Origin: a virus
Virus record (IMG/VR): IMGVR_UViG_3300045825_000202
Coordinates: 1-64,000 of that record
DNA: 64,000 nt
Direction: 5' to 3' (one strand)
A model generated the notes under the pieces. That model was not told the DNA's origin and ran no database searches. It saw only the letters and a list, made by a program, of their open reading frames with translations. Below, piece after piece: positions 37,087 to 47,392 of the stretch. Each line of letters starts with the position of its first letter. The first letter of the stretch is position 1. The position numbers were made by a program, and so were the translations under genes.

Positions 37087-38619
37087 ATGAGTTTTTATAG
37101 AACAGGCACTATTGCCTTAACTAATGGTTCCGCTTCTATTGTAGGTACAGGTACTGACTTTATTGTTGGAGCGAATGTAGGTGAGTGTATAAGTGCCCCA
37201 GACGGTAAATTGTACGAAATTTTATCTATACAGTCTTCAACCGCGCTAACCCTAGGAACTGTATACCTAGGGTCCACCGCTTCAGGACAAGCATATAGTA
37301 TTGTTCCTACACAAAGCTATATTAGAGATCTAGCTTCTCAAGCTGCTGCACTTGTAAATAGTTATAGTAATAGTACTGCTACACAGACCCATGCAGCTAC
37401 TACTAAAGCTACTCCAGTAGATGCAGATGAAATAAGTTTAGTAGATAGTACTGCACCTACAGTACTGCGTAAACTTACATGGGCCAATCTGAAAGCGACG
37501 TTGGCGGCATGGATCAATGGCGGGACGATACCGGGGGCATTTACGACGCTGAGTACAAATAGTGTAGTTACGTCTCTAGGTGCAAACGACTTAGTAGTTG
37601 AATCACGTACTGCAGGTGCAGGGGTATTATTCTTACAAGGTGCTAATACTATTATCCGACAAGGTTCTTCAGGTAGTTATGCACAACAAGCTACATTCTC
37701 TACTGCAGGTCTAGCAGTTACTGGTGCGCTGAGTGCCACAGGAAAACTTAGTACCTCAGCCGCCGCAACTACTTCTCCAACTGCTACTAAAGTATCTGAC
37801 TGGACTAATCCGTTATATATGGGTGCCCTACTAAATAATGGAGATTCAAATATATTTAGTTTTAGTTCAGCCGGAGTTGTTTCCTCATGTATAGCAGGAT
37901 TACGGGAAGCTACGGGCTGGAATACTGCATTAGCTTTTTATACAAATAATCTAATAGGGGGAGCTAACCCAGTAGATTCTATTCAGGAGAAAATGAGGCT
38001 TGATTCTAGCGGTAACCTTTTGATAGGGCAGCAAAGCCTAGGAAGCGGGGGCTTATCAAATAGTTATTCAGTGGCAATAAGTAGTACCAATGCCGGAGGG
38101 TACATAACCATTAATCATCAGAATGGGGCTGTGTCTGGGTTTATATACTCAAATTTCGGGTACAACGGAGCCGCAATTGGTTCTATTACTCAAAACGGTA
38201 CTACAGCAGTTGCCTATAATACTACATCAGACTACCGACTAAAAACCAATATCAGACCAGCCAACGCACTGCGATTCATGGACATTGAGTTCCATGACTT
38301 CGAGTGGACTGATGGCCGCCATGACTGTGGGCCTATTGCTCATGAACTGCAAGCAATCTACCCAGACCTAGTAACAGGCACCAAGGACGGTACTGAAGTA
38401 CGAGAAGTTGAAATTACTGCCGCAGTTCCTGCCGTACTTGATATAGATGGAGTTGAAGTTACTCCTGCTATCCCTGCTATTACGGAAGAGCAAACTTTCC
38501 CAGTATACCAACAAGTTAACTATATGGGTCTAATTGGAAGAATGGGTACTGTGATTCAGCAACAACAGAAACTAATTCAAAGTATGGAGGCCAGAATATC
38601 TGCAATAGAACTAAAGTAA
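37087..38619 (+). CDS. tail fibre with C-terminal intramolecular chaperone (peptidase S74-like)
   Basis: GT....G...V.G.GT.F N-terminus, MR.DSSGNL.IG, SDYRLK.NI and G.IA.ELQ..P..V. Confidence 0.85.
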   Translation: MSFYRTGTIALTNGSASIVGTGTDFIVGANVGECISAPDGKLYEILSIQSSTALTLGTVYLGSTASGQAYSIVPTQSYIRDLASQAAALVNSYSNSTATQTHAATTKATPVDADEISLVDSTAPTVLRKLTWANLKATLAAWINGGTIPGAFTTLSTNSVVTSLGANDLVVESRTAGAGVLFLQGANTIIRQGSSGSYAQQATFSTAGLAVTGALSATGKLSTSAAATTSPTATKVSDWTNPLYMGALLNNGDSNIFSFSSAGVVSSCIAGLREATGWNTALAFYTNNLIGGANPVDSIQEKMRLDSSGNLLIGQQSLGSGGLSNSYSVAISSTNAGGYITINHQNGAVSGFIYSNFGYNGAAIGSITQNGTTAVAYNTTSDYRLKTNIRPANALRFMDIEFHDFEWTDGRHDCGPIAHELQAIYPDLVTGTKDGTEVREVEITAAVPAVLDIDGVEVTPAIPAITEEQTFPVYQQVNYMGLIGRMGTVIQQQQKLIQSMEARISAIELK

Positions 38620-38724
38620 TCTAAAATAGCGACCCTAGGGTCGCTATTTTTTTGACTTGCAGATCCTGAGCTTAAATGTTATAATAGTACAAAATTATAG
38701 AGATATCAAAATTTTGGAGAATAA

Positions 38725-39156
38725 ATGATTAATAGGTATTTACTATCATTATCTAGAGCTCTATGGGATAGCGAGCTAATAGCTACAAGAATAAGTCTTT
38801 TTCTAGCAGAACTACTATGGGCAGTTATGCTTATTTGGCCGGGAGATACTGTTGATGGAGATGATTATGCGTTAATGCATATTATTGCACAAGAAGGGTT
38901 TTGGGCAGTAATATTTACTACTACTGCTATGTTACAATTACTAATAGTACTAACAGATAATCTACATAGTAAGTTTGCACGCTATTTTGCTGCATGGAAT
39001 GCATTTTTATGGCTATACGTAAGTTTTAGTATGCTATTTACAGTATACCCATTACCAGCTGCTATTGCAGGTAATATAGCACTAGCATTCGCAGCGTGTT
39101 GGATATGTATTCGACCCTATATTTTAGCAGAAGGGTATAAACATGCCGGATATTAA
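38725..39156 (+). CDS. multi-pass membrane protein
   Basis: Four hydrophobic segments; own promoter (TTGCAG-17-TATAAT at 38657-38685). Confidence 0.65.
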   Translation: MINRYLLSLSRALWDSELIATRISLFLAELLWAVMLIWPGDTVDGDDYALMHIIAQEGFWAVIFTTTAMLQLLIVLTDNLHSKFARYFAAWNAFLWLYVSFSMLFTVYPLPAAIAGNIALAFAACWICIRPYILAEGYKHAGY

Positions 39157-39475
39157 TGATAATAAACATAGTCTAAGTTTAGCAGAATGTAATGCTATTC
39201 ATAGAAAGTTAGAGATAATTCAAGAAGAATTAGAAGATATAAAGAGAAAAATAGTACAGATTGATACTGCTTTTCTACGTGATGATATAGAAGGTATCGA
39301 TTACCCTGGACATAGAAAAGATCACTTAGATAGACGTGCAGCAGATACTATCATATCAGGGTATAAGGTCTCTGCTACCAAAGTAGTTATATCTATTGTA
39401 ACAACATTTTTAGTAGGGTTATTAGCCTCAGGCTTTATAGTTAAATTGACTGCTATATTTACAGGAGCGCCATAA
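39143..39475 (+). CDS. membrane-anchored protein
   Basis: Coiled coil plus C-terminal transmembrane segment. Confidence 0.6.
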   Translation: MPDINDNKHSLSLAECNAIHRKLEIIQEELEDIKRKIVQIDTAFLRDDIEGIDYPGHRKDHLDRRAADTIISGYKVSATKVVISIVTTFLVGLLASGFIVKLTAIFTGAP

Positions 39476-40059
39476 TGGTACCTACTAAACTTAATTTTAA
39501 GATATACCAAGGCAGTACCTTTAAAGAAGTATTACGCTGGGAATCCTCAGATAAAGGTTACGCTACTATTACAGGTATTACTAGTGCAGCTCCTGTAATA
39601 GTTACTTCGGTAGGGCACGGAATTCCAGTAGGGTGGAGAACTAAAATTACTAATGTAGTAGGTATGAAGGAAATTAACTCTTCTGATACTTATTATAATA
39701 TCTCCGCTACTACAGAGAATAGTATAACTATTAACTCTGTAAATAGTATTGCGTATACTGCGTATACTAGTGGAGGTATACTAGAGTTTAATATACCTAA
39801 TAGCTTATTAAATCTAACTGCTAAAATGCAGATCAGAAGTAAGATTGATTCAATTGATATTATTAAGGAACTTACTACTGAAAACGGCGGTATTGCTATT
39901 GATAATACTGCTAAAATAATAACTATAACTATTAGTGCTGCTGATACAGCATTATTGACTATTACTAGCGCAGTATATAGTTTAGAACTTATATCGGGTA
40001 TAGAAATATATCCATTTATTGAGGGTAGTATAACCGTCAATAAAGAAGTAACAAGATGA
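39475..40059 (+). CDS. putative virion structural protein
   Basis: I.QGSTF...W and A.MQIR...Y.LEL...G...V..EVTR beta-rich pattern. Confidence 0.6.
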   Translation: MVPTKLNFKIYQGSTFKEVLRWESSDKGYATITGITSAAPVIVTSVGHGIPVGWRTKITNVVGMKEINSSDTYYNISATTENSITINSVNSIAYTAYTSGGILEFNIPNSLLNLTAKMQIRSKIDSIDIIKELTTENGGIAIDNTAKIITITISAADTALLTITSAVYSLELISGIEIYPFIEGSITVNKEVTR

Positions 40060-40124
40060 TTCTAGTAGGATCATAATTAAGTAGTTATATACTACTAGTA
40101 ACTCATTTTTAAAAGGATCTTATT

Positions 40125-40535
40125 ATGGCATCAAAACTAAATTATTCAATTGCGGCTGAACAAGCCCAATTAGCAGGAACTACTTCTACAGTAGGTGCTG
40201 CAGGACTACTATATCTATACTCTGGTGTACAACCTTCCAGCACAGCAGGCGCTGATGGTACCCTAGTTGCTGGTCCATTTACCCTAGGTACACCTTTTGC
40301 AGGTGCTTCTACTGCTGCATTACCTTCCGTCCTTAGTCCTACCTTACCTGCTAATGTTAATGCTAGTGCATCGGTACAGCCAACTTGGTATCGTGTTAAG
40401 ACCTCGGGTGGTACAGCAGTTTTTGATGGTTCTGCTGGAGTAGCTGGTTGTGATATGACTATTGGATTACCTACTTCAGGTCAACCAGTTGCAATCACTG
40501 CCTGGACTATTACTAGTGGTAACTCAGGTCACTAA
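40125..40535 (+). CDS. putative virion structural protein
   Basis: LY.G.QP and W.R...SGG....DG pattern; Ala/Gly/Thr-rich. Confidence 0.6.
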   Translation: MASKLNYSIAAEQAQLAGTTSTVGAAGLLYLYSGVQPSSTAGADGTLVAGPFTLGTPFAGASTAALPSVLSPTLPANVNASASVQPTWYRVKTSGGTAVFDGSAGVAGCDMTIGLPTSGQPVAITAWTITSGNSGH

Positions 40536-40538
40536 AAT

Positions 40539-40949
40539 ATGTTAACCTTAGCAGAACTTAAGGCTAAAGTACCGACTACGGTACTTAGTACCGGAGATAC
40601 CATAGCGATTGCTACTGTTGTTTCTGTAGGTAGAGTTAAGACTATTAGTTATCAGGGTGGAATTGGAACTATTATGCAAGCACTAGGCCCTACGCTAGGT
40701 GCTGCACTTTTAGACCAATTAGATGCTCTTACTACTACAGTACCTGCAGTTAAATGGGGTATGAAATTAATAAATGCTGGAACCTTCGACTTTGGGTTAC
40801 CTAGTTCGCAAGGTATGATTGACCAATTAGTACTAGATCCTACTATGAATGCTGCTTTAAAAGCTGTAGCTACTATACCTGATCCAGTTACTGAGTATGA
40901 GGTGCGTTGTGCACTATATGACCCAATCGATGGTCACTTTTTGGGGTAA
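40539..40949 (+). CDS. hypothetical protein
   Basis: 136-aa ORF in a tight operon. Confidence 0.65.
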   Translation: MLTLAELKAKVPTTVLSTGDTIAIATVVSVGRVKTISYQGGIGTIMQALGPTLGAALLDQLDALTTTVPAVKWGMKLINAGTFDFGLPSSQGMIDQLVLDPTMNAALKAVATIPDPVTEYEVRCALYDPIDGHFLG

Positions 40950-40952
40950 AAT

Positions 40953-41309
40953 ATGGCATCAACAAAAACAGCAAAGACACTATTAACTAGTCAATCTTTA
41001 GCAGCAGCAACTGCGGTTAGTGTAACTGAGTGGAGTATGGGTACTTGTTATGGAGGTTTAGCATGTGTTAAACTTACTAATGGGGCTGCCGCTCCTACTA
41101 CAGTTCCTATAATTAAATTTTATGTAGGAGAAACTACAGGTACTAAACGGATACTTTATCAAATATCAGGCGATACTGTTAATAGTTCAGTAAATGACTA
41201 TGTGTGTGAAGTACCTGCTAGTGCTATGTTCTGTAATATTACAGTTACTAATGGTGCTACTAATGCTATTACAGTTGAGGCGTACGGGCAAGAACTCACT
41301 ACGATTTAA
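40953..41309 (+). CDS. hypothetical beta-rich protein
   Basis: 118-aa ORF in a tight operon. Confidence 0.65.
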   Translation: MASTKTAKTLLTSQSLAAATAVSVTEWSMGTCYGGLACVKLTNGAAAPTTVPIIKFYVGETTGTKRILYQISGDTVNSSVNDYVCEVPASAMFCNITVTNGATNAITVEAYGQELTTI

Positions 41310-41311
41310 TT

Positions 41312-43828
41312 ATGGCTAAGAGATATTCTCAGCCACAGGGAGGGGCGCAGATTGATTGGAGAAATCCGATCACTCGTGGTCTAGTGCTTGCGTCAAATCA
41401 TGATACGGATATTGTAAACATTGCTGGGAGCACTGGTGCGCCGACCCTGATTGGTTCTCCAACAGGCGTGGTTTTCTCCGAAGGAACGGCGGTAAATTTC
41501 GTAGCAACATCTAGCCAAGGTATCGACTACGGAAATTCAGCGACTCTAAACCCCACTAGTTTCACGCTGTTCTCGCTGTTCCAGATCAATTCGGTTATCA
41601 GTACGGTTATAGGTAGCGGAAATGAGTACGTACTTATCTCCCGCGATGATGCATCACTCGGTAGAGCTTACTGCCTGACACTCAATGGTGGCAATAACTG
41701 GGGTATCCGAGCTTTTATCAATGGTGGTGTCGCAGGGGGCGTTATTTTTGAAGGTGTTCAGCCTTCAGTGGGTGTGCCCCACACTGCCGCATTTTCATAT
41801 TCTGGCGGTGTTGAAAATCTCTATAGAGATGGCATCAGATTAACTGGCGCAACTGGGTTGCCTGCCGTTGCCAGCACAACTGGGCCGACTCAAGTAGGTA
41901 TCCGATCATATTCCGGATCGAGAAGCCCGATGAATGGGTACATCTCACTGTCGCTGATCTACAACCGCGCTTTATCTGACGCAGAGGTCAAGTCCCTCTC
42001 AAACAATCCCTGGCAAATCTTCACTCCTATATCTTCACCTATATGGGTAACGAGTACGAGTGGGGCTACAGGTGCAAGTATCTCTACAGTAGATAGTGCA
42101 GATATACAAAATACTACTGCAATAGTACCAGTAATTACCTCTATTACAACAGTAGATAGTGCAGATATAAGTAGTACTTCTTCCTCTTTTGGTAGTACTA
42201 CAATAATACCTATTATAAATAGTGCTAATAAGTTTACACAGCCACAAGGTAGGGTTACATTAAATAAGTTACATCCTTTATATAAGTATCTTATTTCTGC
42301 GTACGTTGGTAATTCTTTAAAAGACTTAGTTAGTGGGCAAAGTCTAGTACTACAATCAGGGGCTAAACTAGCTGCTAGTACTAAAGGTATAGGTTTAAAT
42401 GGATCAACAATAACTTCTGGGGCTTATTGTACCCAGAAGTTATTACCTACAAATGAAGCAGCTATTTTCTGGAATGGATTTATACCTCCAACATCTACTG
42501 GAGATGCTACTCTAGCAGGTATAACTTATAATAGTACTAATTCAAATCCTTATGTTTGCGTTGAACTTAAGCGTTTTGGTACAAATAAGGTTACATTAAC
42601 TTTTGGGGCAGGAGCCTCTTCCTATTATACGACATCCGCTGGAACTCCTAGTGGAAATATGAGTATTTCTGGGTCTGTTTTATCAGGGTATCAAACTCTT
42701 TACTTAGACGGGATCCCTAGTACTGTTACTAGCACTACGTTCGCTTCTTTAGCTTCGACTGGTACCTCACGTTTCGAGATTAATGATTCTCTTAATTCTA
42801 GGCAGTCTGGTGCTGTATGTAATGTATGTTATATATTTAGTAAAGCAATATCTAGTGAGTGGCATAGTTCACTAAGTAGTAATCCTTGGCAGTTATTTTC
42901 TTCTACAACTACACCCTTAAGTTTACTAGTTAGCTCTCAACCACTAGTTGCTACTATTAGTACTATAGATGCTATAGATATACAGGTTGTAGTATTAGAT
43001 AATTGGACTATAGGACAGTTAGTATCTTCAGATACAGTAGATATAACTCAGGTATCCGTATCTGCCGGAAGTATTACTCTAAGTTCTATAAGTACATTAG
43101 ATAGTATAGATATTCAGCAAGTTGCTGGGACTAATTGGACTCTATCTCAGGTAGTTGCGTTAGATACTAAAGATCTTACTAATATACAAGGGGCTATAGG
43201 AAGTATTGCTCTTGGTTCCATATCTCAATTAGATACCTCAGACTCTAATATTTCTACCTTAGCAAATTGGACAGTATCTCAAATATTAGGTACGGATAGT
43301 CAAGATTTAAGTAGTATGTTAACTACTGCTGGAAGTATTACTCTAGGCTCTGTTTATAATATTGATAGTGTAGATATTAGTTCTTCAATATTAGCTAACT
43401 GGACAATAGGTCAAGTTAATACTTCAGATATTAAAGATACTTCATCAGTACTAGGGTATATTATAGGTGCCCTTAGTGTAAGTATCGCTTCACTCGATAC
43501 ATCTGACCAGACTATAGTATACTCTGTAGTAACTATAGGTGGATCTATTAGTACTACGGATACATTAGATCTTTCTAGTATTAATACAGCGAACTGGACA
43601 ACTTCGGCTTTAACAAGCATAGATGGTCAAGATAAGGTATTCTTTATAGGTGGTGCACCTATGCAGGATACTCCTATTACAGTTGTAGGTATTATAGTAG
43701 TTATTAGTAGTAAAGATAATGCTTCTAATATTATTACTGATACTAGAACGGGTAATTTAGTAACGGAGCTAGTAAGTAATGGTACTATAATAAGTTCTAT
43801 CAATAGTACTTATTTTATACAAGGATAA
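41312..43828 (+). CDS. double LamG/concanavalin A-like lectin protein with repeat stalk
   Basis: Two units from QPQG to SLS.NPWQ.F containing LY.DG and IYNRALS..EV; D..D repeats in the C-terminal part. Confidence 0.8.
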   Translation: MAKRYSQPQGGAQIDWRNPITRGLVLASNHDTDIVNIAGSTGAPTLIGSPTGVVFSEGTAVNFVATSSQGIDYGNSATLNPTSFTLFSLFQINSVISTVIGSGNEYVLISRDDASLGRAYCLTLNGGNNWGIRAFINGGVAGGVIFEGVQPSVGVPHTAAFSYSGGVENLYRDGIRLTGATGLPAVASTTGPTQVGIRSYSGSRSPMNGYISLSLIYNRALSDAEVKSLSNNPWQIFTPISSPIWVTSTSGATGASISTVDSADIQNTTAIVPVITSITTVDSADISSTSSSFGSTTIIPIINSANKFTQPQGRVTLNKLHPLYKYLISAYVGNSLKDLVSGQSLVLQSGAKLAASTKGIGLNGSTITSGAYCTQKLLPTNEAAIFWNGFIPPTSTGDATLAGITYNSTNSNPYVCVELKRFGTNKVTLTFGAGASSYYTTSAGTPSGNMSISGSVLSGYQTLYLDGIPSTVTSTTFASLASTGTSRFEINDSLNSRQSGAVCNVCYIFSKAISSEWHSSLSSNPWQLFSSTTTPLSLLVSSQPLVATISTIDAIDIQVVVLDNWTIGQLVSSDTVDITQVSVSAGSITLSSISTLDSIDIQQVAGTNWTLSQVVALDTKDLTNIQGAIGSIALGSISQLDTSDSNISTLANWTVSQILGTDSQDLSSMLTTAGSITLGSVYNIDSVDISSSILANWTIGQVNTSDIKDTSSVLGYIIGALSVSIASLDTSDQTIVYSVVTIGGSISTTDTLDLSSINTANWTTSALTSIDGQDKVFFIGGAPMQDTPITVVGIIVVISSKDNASNIITDTRTGNLVTELVSNGTIISSINSTYFIQG

Positions 43829-43830
43829 TA

Positions 43831-44202
43831 ATGGCTTTAATTCTATTAAAATACTGGAAGCAACTATTTCTATTAATAGTTATAGTTGCTTCACTATATA
43901 GCGGGTACTCCTACGTAAAAGGTACAGGGGTACAAGAGGCTACGATTAAGTACACTGCTGTTATTGCACAATACGAGAAAGATATTACTGATAAAGCTAA
44001 AACAATTGAAGTAATGTCTAACGTATTAGCAACTCAACAAAAAGCTTCTACTGATCTATTAAATAAGAATATTAACTCTATTTTAGTTAGTATTAAAAAT
44101 AAGCCCTTAGTAGTTATAAAAAATCAAGAATGTACTCCAAGCACTACATTTTCAGATAGCTTTTTACAGATAAATAAACAGGTTAATGAGAATATAAAAT
44201 GA
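43831..44202 (+). CDS. inner-membrane spanin (Rz-like)
   Basis: N-terminal transmembrane segment, coiled coil, C-terminal Cys. Confidence 0.7.
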   Translation: MALILLKYWKQLFLLIVIVASLYSGYSYVKGTGVQEATIKYTAVIAQYEKDITDKAKTIEVMSNVLATQQKASTDLLNKNINSILVSIKNKPLVVIKNQECTPSTTFSDSFLQINKQVNENIK

Positions 44203-44468
44203 ATAGACTGTTAGTAACTATCCTATTAATTTTCTCTCTTTCTGGATGTGCATTTTTAAATAAACCAGTATCGATTCCTACAGGTACTCCAGTTAATATT
44301 AACCCTGACTTACTAAAAGAGTGCCCGCTACTAGATGAAGGTTTACAGGTAGCAACATTCGAGGATGTTGTTATAGTTTATAGTAATTTAGCTAAGACAT
44401 ATGGTTATTGCGCTATGCAGCAAAAGAATAGTGTTAAACTAATTAAAGAATTAGGAAATATAAAATGA
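44199..44468 (+). CDS. outer-membrane spanin lipoprotein (Rz1-like)
   Basis: Signal peptide with lipobox LSGC; P.LL..CP...Y..C. Confidence 0.75.
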   Translation: MNRLLVTILLIFSLSGCAFLNKPVSIPTGTPVNINPDLLKECPLLDEGLQVATFEDVVIVYSNLAKTYGYCAMQQKNSVKLIKELGNIK

Positions 44469-44863
44469 GCGATAACTGTCCAACTTGCACTATTTACCCT
44501 GAGGTAAACTTGGCAAACCATATGATGGCAATTAAACTTGCTAATCTTGGTCCTGCGGACCCTAGGCAGCCTAACACCTTATTCTGGGGGGATAAGATGT
44601 CACTATGGCATGTACCAGAAGGTATCGCACGCTCTAGACTTTGTATGACCTGCGAAGAATATGATGATACACCTGAAAATACTGAGTGTATTCGTACAGG
44701 CCCGGGAGCCCAGTTGAAACCTTCTCAACTACCTATTACTCCTAAATGGGCAGATATTGATGGTATGCCCGCCGCAGTATGCGATCGCTGGAATATTCCT
44801 TGTTCTGCTATTCGTACTTGTGATGATTGGGAACCTGAAGTAGAAGATGATATGGAAGATTAA
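44465..44863 (+). CDS. Cys-rich hypothetical protein
   Basis: C..C...C...C..R.C..W pattern. Confidence 0.7.
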   Translation: MSDNCPTCTIYPEVNLANHMMAIKLANLGPADPRQPNTLFWGDKMSLWHVPEGIARSRLCMTCEEYDDTPENTECIRTGPGAQLKPSQLPITPKWADIDGMPAAVCDRWNIPCSAIRTCDDWEPEVEDDMED

Positions 44864-44874
44864 TAAAGGATAAA

Positions 44875-45321
44875 ATGGCAATATATTTATACAAAAGTAC
44901 AACAGGAAGAACTTTCAACGTTAGTACCTACTCTGTAACTGTGGGGGGTCTGCATACTGATTCATCAATTAAAGCATTAGATGCTTTAATTGGTATTAGC
45001 TTACAAAGATATACTAATAATATACTAGATATTAAAGACGGTACAAGTGCTGCTACACTAACAACAGGTACTAGAACATTATCTATTGCAGATGACGATA
45101 CGCTAATTAAGTGTACTGGTGGGGCAGTTCTTACTATCCCTACAGATGCTGTAGGTGGATTTACCGATAACCATATTATTAGATCCTATCAAGGTTCTGC
45201 TACTGCAGTAACATATGCTGTAGCAGGTACTACCCTTGTAGGGTCTCCTAAAACTGCAGCTCAGTATATAGTACAAACTATTCAACGACTTGGCCCTAAT
45301 GCATGGGTATACATATCCTAA
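44875..45321 (+). CDS. putative virion accessory protein (YLYKS N-domain family)
   Basis: N-terminus shared with 47970 and 48197; beta-rich C-terminal domain. Confidence 0.65.
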   Translation: MAIYLYKSTTGRTFNVSTYSVTVGGLHTDSSIKALDALIGISLQRYTNNILDIKDGTSAATLTTGTRTLSIADDDTLIKCTGGAVLTIPTDAVGGFTDNHIIRSYQGSATAVTYAVAGTTLVGSPKTAAQYIVQTIQRLGPNAWVYIS

Positions 45322-45326
45322 ACTAG

Positions 45327-45668
45327 ATGTCTAAAGAATACTACTCCTAATGTTTATTTTATGCACTTGATAAATGGCATAAAGAAGGAGGTTACTTACT
45401 TCTAGCTAAGTCTACTCCTTGGGGTATTCCTCATGTACTACATATGGGAGTAAGAAGTAAAATTACTCACTTTGCTCCTCCTAGTGATTTACGATATCCC
45501 TGGTACTCATTATTTGGGTTTAAGGGCAGTATACTTCACAGAGACTCGGACGTTAGAGAACCAATGAGTAAGATATACATATTTATCGGAACTCTAGCAT
45601 TACTTATATTTGGAGGTGTCTGGGCTATAACTAGATACCTTAAAGAACTAAAGGATAAAATATCATGA
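45327..45668 (+). pseudogene. small membrane-associated protein with in-frame TAA at 45348-45350
   Basis: MSKEYYS*CLFYALDKWHKEGGYL... continues in frame into ORF 45444-45668. Confidence 0.5.
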
Positions 45669-45880
45669 CATTAGTAGAAGATGTAAAACAAAGCTGGAAA
45701 TGGTTCTCGATGCAAGCAATGGCATTAGCAGGTACACTTCAGACAGTCTGGTTAACAATCCCAGATGATTTAAAAACACAAGTTCCGCATAACCTAGTTA
45801 ACTATCTTACCTTAGTACTAGTAGTTGCTGGTATGGTAGGTAGAACAGTTAAACAAGGAGCTACAGTACCTGTAGTATAA
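45665..45880 (+). CDS. holin
   Basis: WKW.S.Q, two transmembrane segments, R..KQ; directly upstream of the endolysin. Confidence 0.75.
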   Translation: MTLVEDVKQSWKWFSMQAMALAGTLQTVWLTIPDDLKTQVPHNLVNYLTLVLVVAGMVGRTVKQGATVPVV

Positions 45881-45882
45881 CT

Positions 45883-46389
45883 ATGGATATTAGTATACTA
45901 AGACAATGCACCGGGGCAAGCCTAGTCGATGCGACAAAGTTTGCCACTATTATTGAAACTGTATTTACTGAATTCAATATTAAAAATAAGGCAATGTTCT
46001 TAGCTCAGGTAGGTCATGAATCTGGCGGACTACACTGGCTTAAAGAGATTTGGGGGCCAACACCTACTCAAACTAGATATGAAGGACGTAAAGATCTTGG
46101 TAATACAAGTACGGGTGACGGTAAGAAGTTTATGGGTAGAGGACTTATTCAGACTACAGGTAAAAGCAACTACGCTATAGCAGCACTTGCTTTAGACCTT
46201 GATTTACTAGAGCACCCAGAGTTACTAGAACTACCTATAAATGCTGCCAGAAGTGCAGGATTCTTCTGGCAAAATAATAAACTAGATAGTTTTAGTGACA
46301 TTAAGGTAGTTACTAAAAAAATTAATGGTGGATATAATGGTTTAGCAGAGCGTACTGCTTTATACAATAAGGCAGTTACATTATTATAA
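45883..46389 (+). CDS. glycoside hydrolase family 19 endolysin
   Basis: FLAQ..HES, GDG..F.GRGLIQ.TG..NY and T..INGG.NGL..R motifs. Confidence 0.93.
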   Translation: MDISILRQCTGASLVDATKFATIIETVFTEFNIKNKAMFLAQVGHESGGLHWLKEIWGPTPTQTRYEGRKDLGNTSTGDGKKFMGRGLIQTTGKSNYAIAALALDLDLLEHPELLELPINAARSAGFFWQNNKLDSFSDIKVVTKKINGGYNGLAERTALYNKAVTLL

Positions 46390-46450
46390 TTTAGGTAGGT
46401 CCTAGTAACCTAGTAGTTACTAGATTTATTAACTTAATTAAGGAAACTTA

Positions 46451-47188
46451 ATGGCATCAACCACTGGTAAGAAATCTCGTCGTCAAATGTATGCTGATAT
46501 GGGGCAGTCTGATACCCCACAGGAACGTAGTTATATACAGAAGTTTCCCAAGTTAGAACCAAAGACTTACGCCCAAGAGGACTATATAGAGGCTATCCAG
46601 TCTAAATCTATTGTATTCGCACTCGGAAGTGCTGGGTCTGGTAAAAGTTACGTTGCCACCCACTATGCAGCTGAACAACTATACTATAAGAAGATTGATA
46701 AGATTATCCTTACTCGCCCCGCTGTGGAAGCTTGTGGAGAAGAACTAGGATTTTTACCGGGCGAGTTAGTAGAAGGTAAACTATTACCCTACCTAATCCC
46801 TTATATGGAGACTCTTAACCAATTACTTGGTAAAAGCTTTGTAGAATATTGTTTAAAAACTGGAACTATAGAACCTGTTCCCTTAGCGTTTATGCGTGGT
46901 AGAAGTTTTGGTAGTTCTAGCAATGGTTGCTTAATTCTCGCTGATGAAATGCAAAGTGCTACTCCTATGCAGATGAAACTACTACTTACTAGAATAGGCG
47001 AGAATACTAGACTTCTAGTAAATGGGGATATTGACCAACGAGATAAATTAGACGCTACTGGGTTAGAAGATGCTATTGGACGACTTAGTCACTTAGATGA
47101 AGTAGAGGTAATTAAGTTTACCGATGATGACTGTGTTAGATCGGGTATTACGAAAAAAGTTCTGAAAGCTTATTCAGGTTACCGTTAA
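46451..47188 (+). CDS. phoH: PhoH-like ATPase
   Basis: G.AGSGKS, TRP.VE, LGFLPG, MRGRS, DE.Q and LTRIG motifs. Confidence 0.93.
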   Translation: MASTTGKKSRRQMYADMGQSDTPQERSYIQKFPKLEPKTYAQEDYIEAIQSKSIVFALGSAGSGKSYVATHYAAEQLYYKKIDKIILTRPAVEACGEELGFLPGELVEGKLLPYLIPYMETLNQLLGKSFVEYCLKTGTIEPVPLAFMRGRSFGSSSNGCLILADEMQSATPMQMKLLLTRIGENTRLLVNGDIDQRDKLDATGLEDAIGRLSHLDEVEVIKFTDDDCVRSGITKKVLKAYSGYR

Positions 47189-47392
47189 ATAGGAAAGGCA
47201 ATATAACTCTTAGGTTATATTGCCTTTAGTTAGGCTATAGTCCAGCCTTTATGTGACTTAGCTTTACCTCTTAATAGTTCACCAAAGTGCCCCTGATGTA
47301 GGTTATGATCTATAGCAAACTGTTTTACATTAGTAATACCAGTATACAGAGTACCTAAAATTTAGTATTTATATTACAGATAGGACCTTAAA

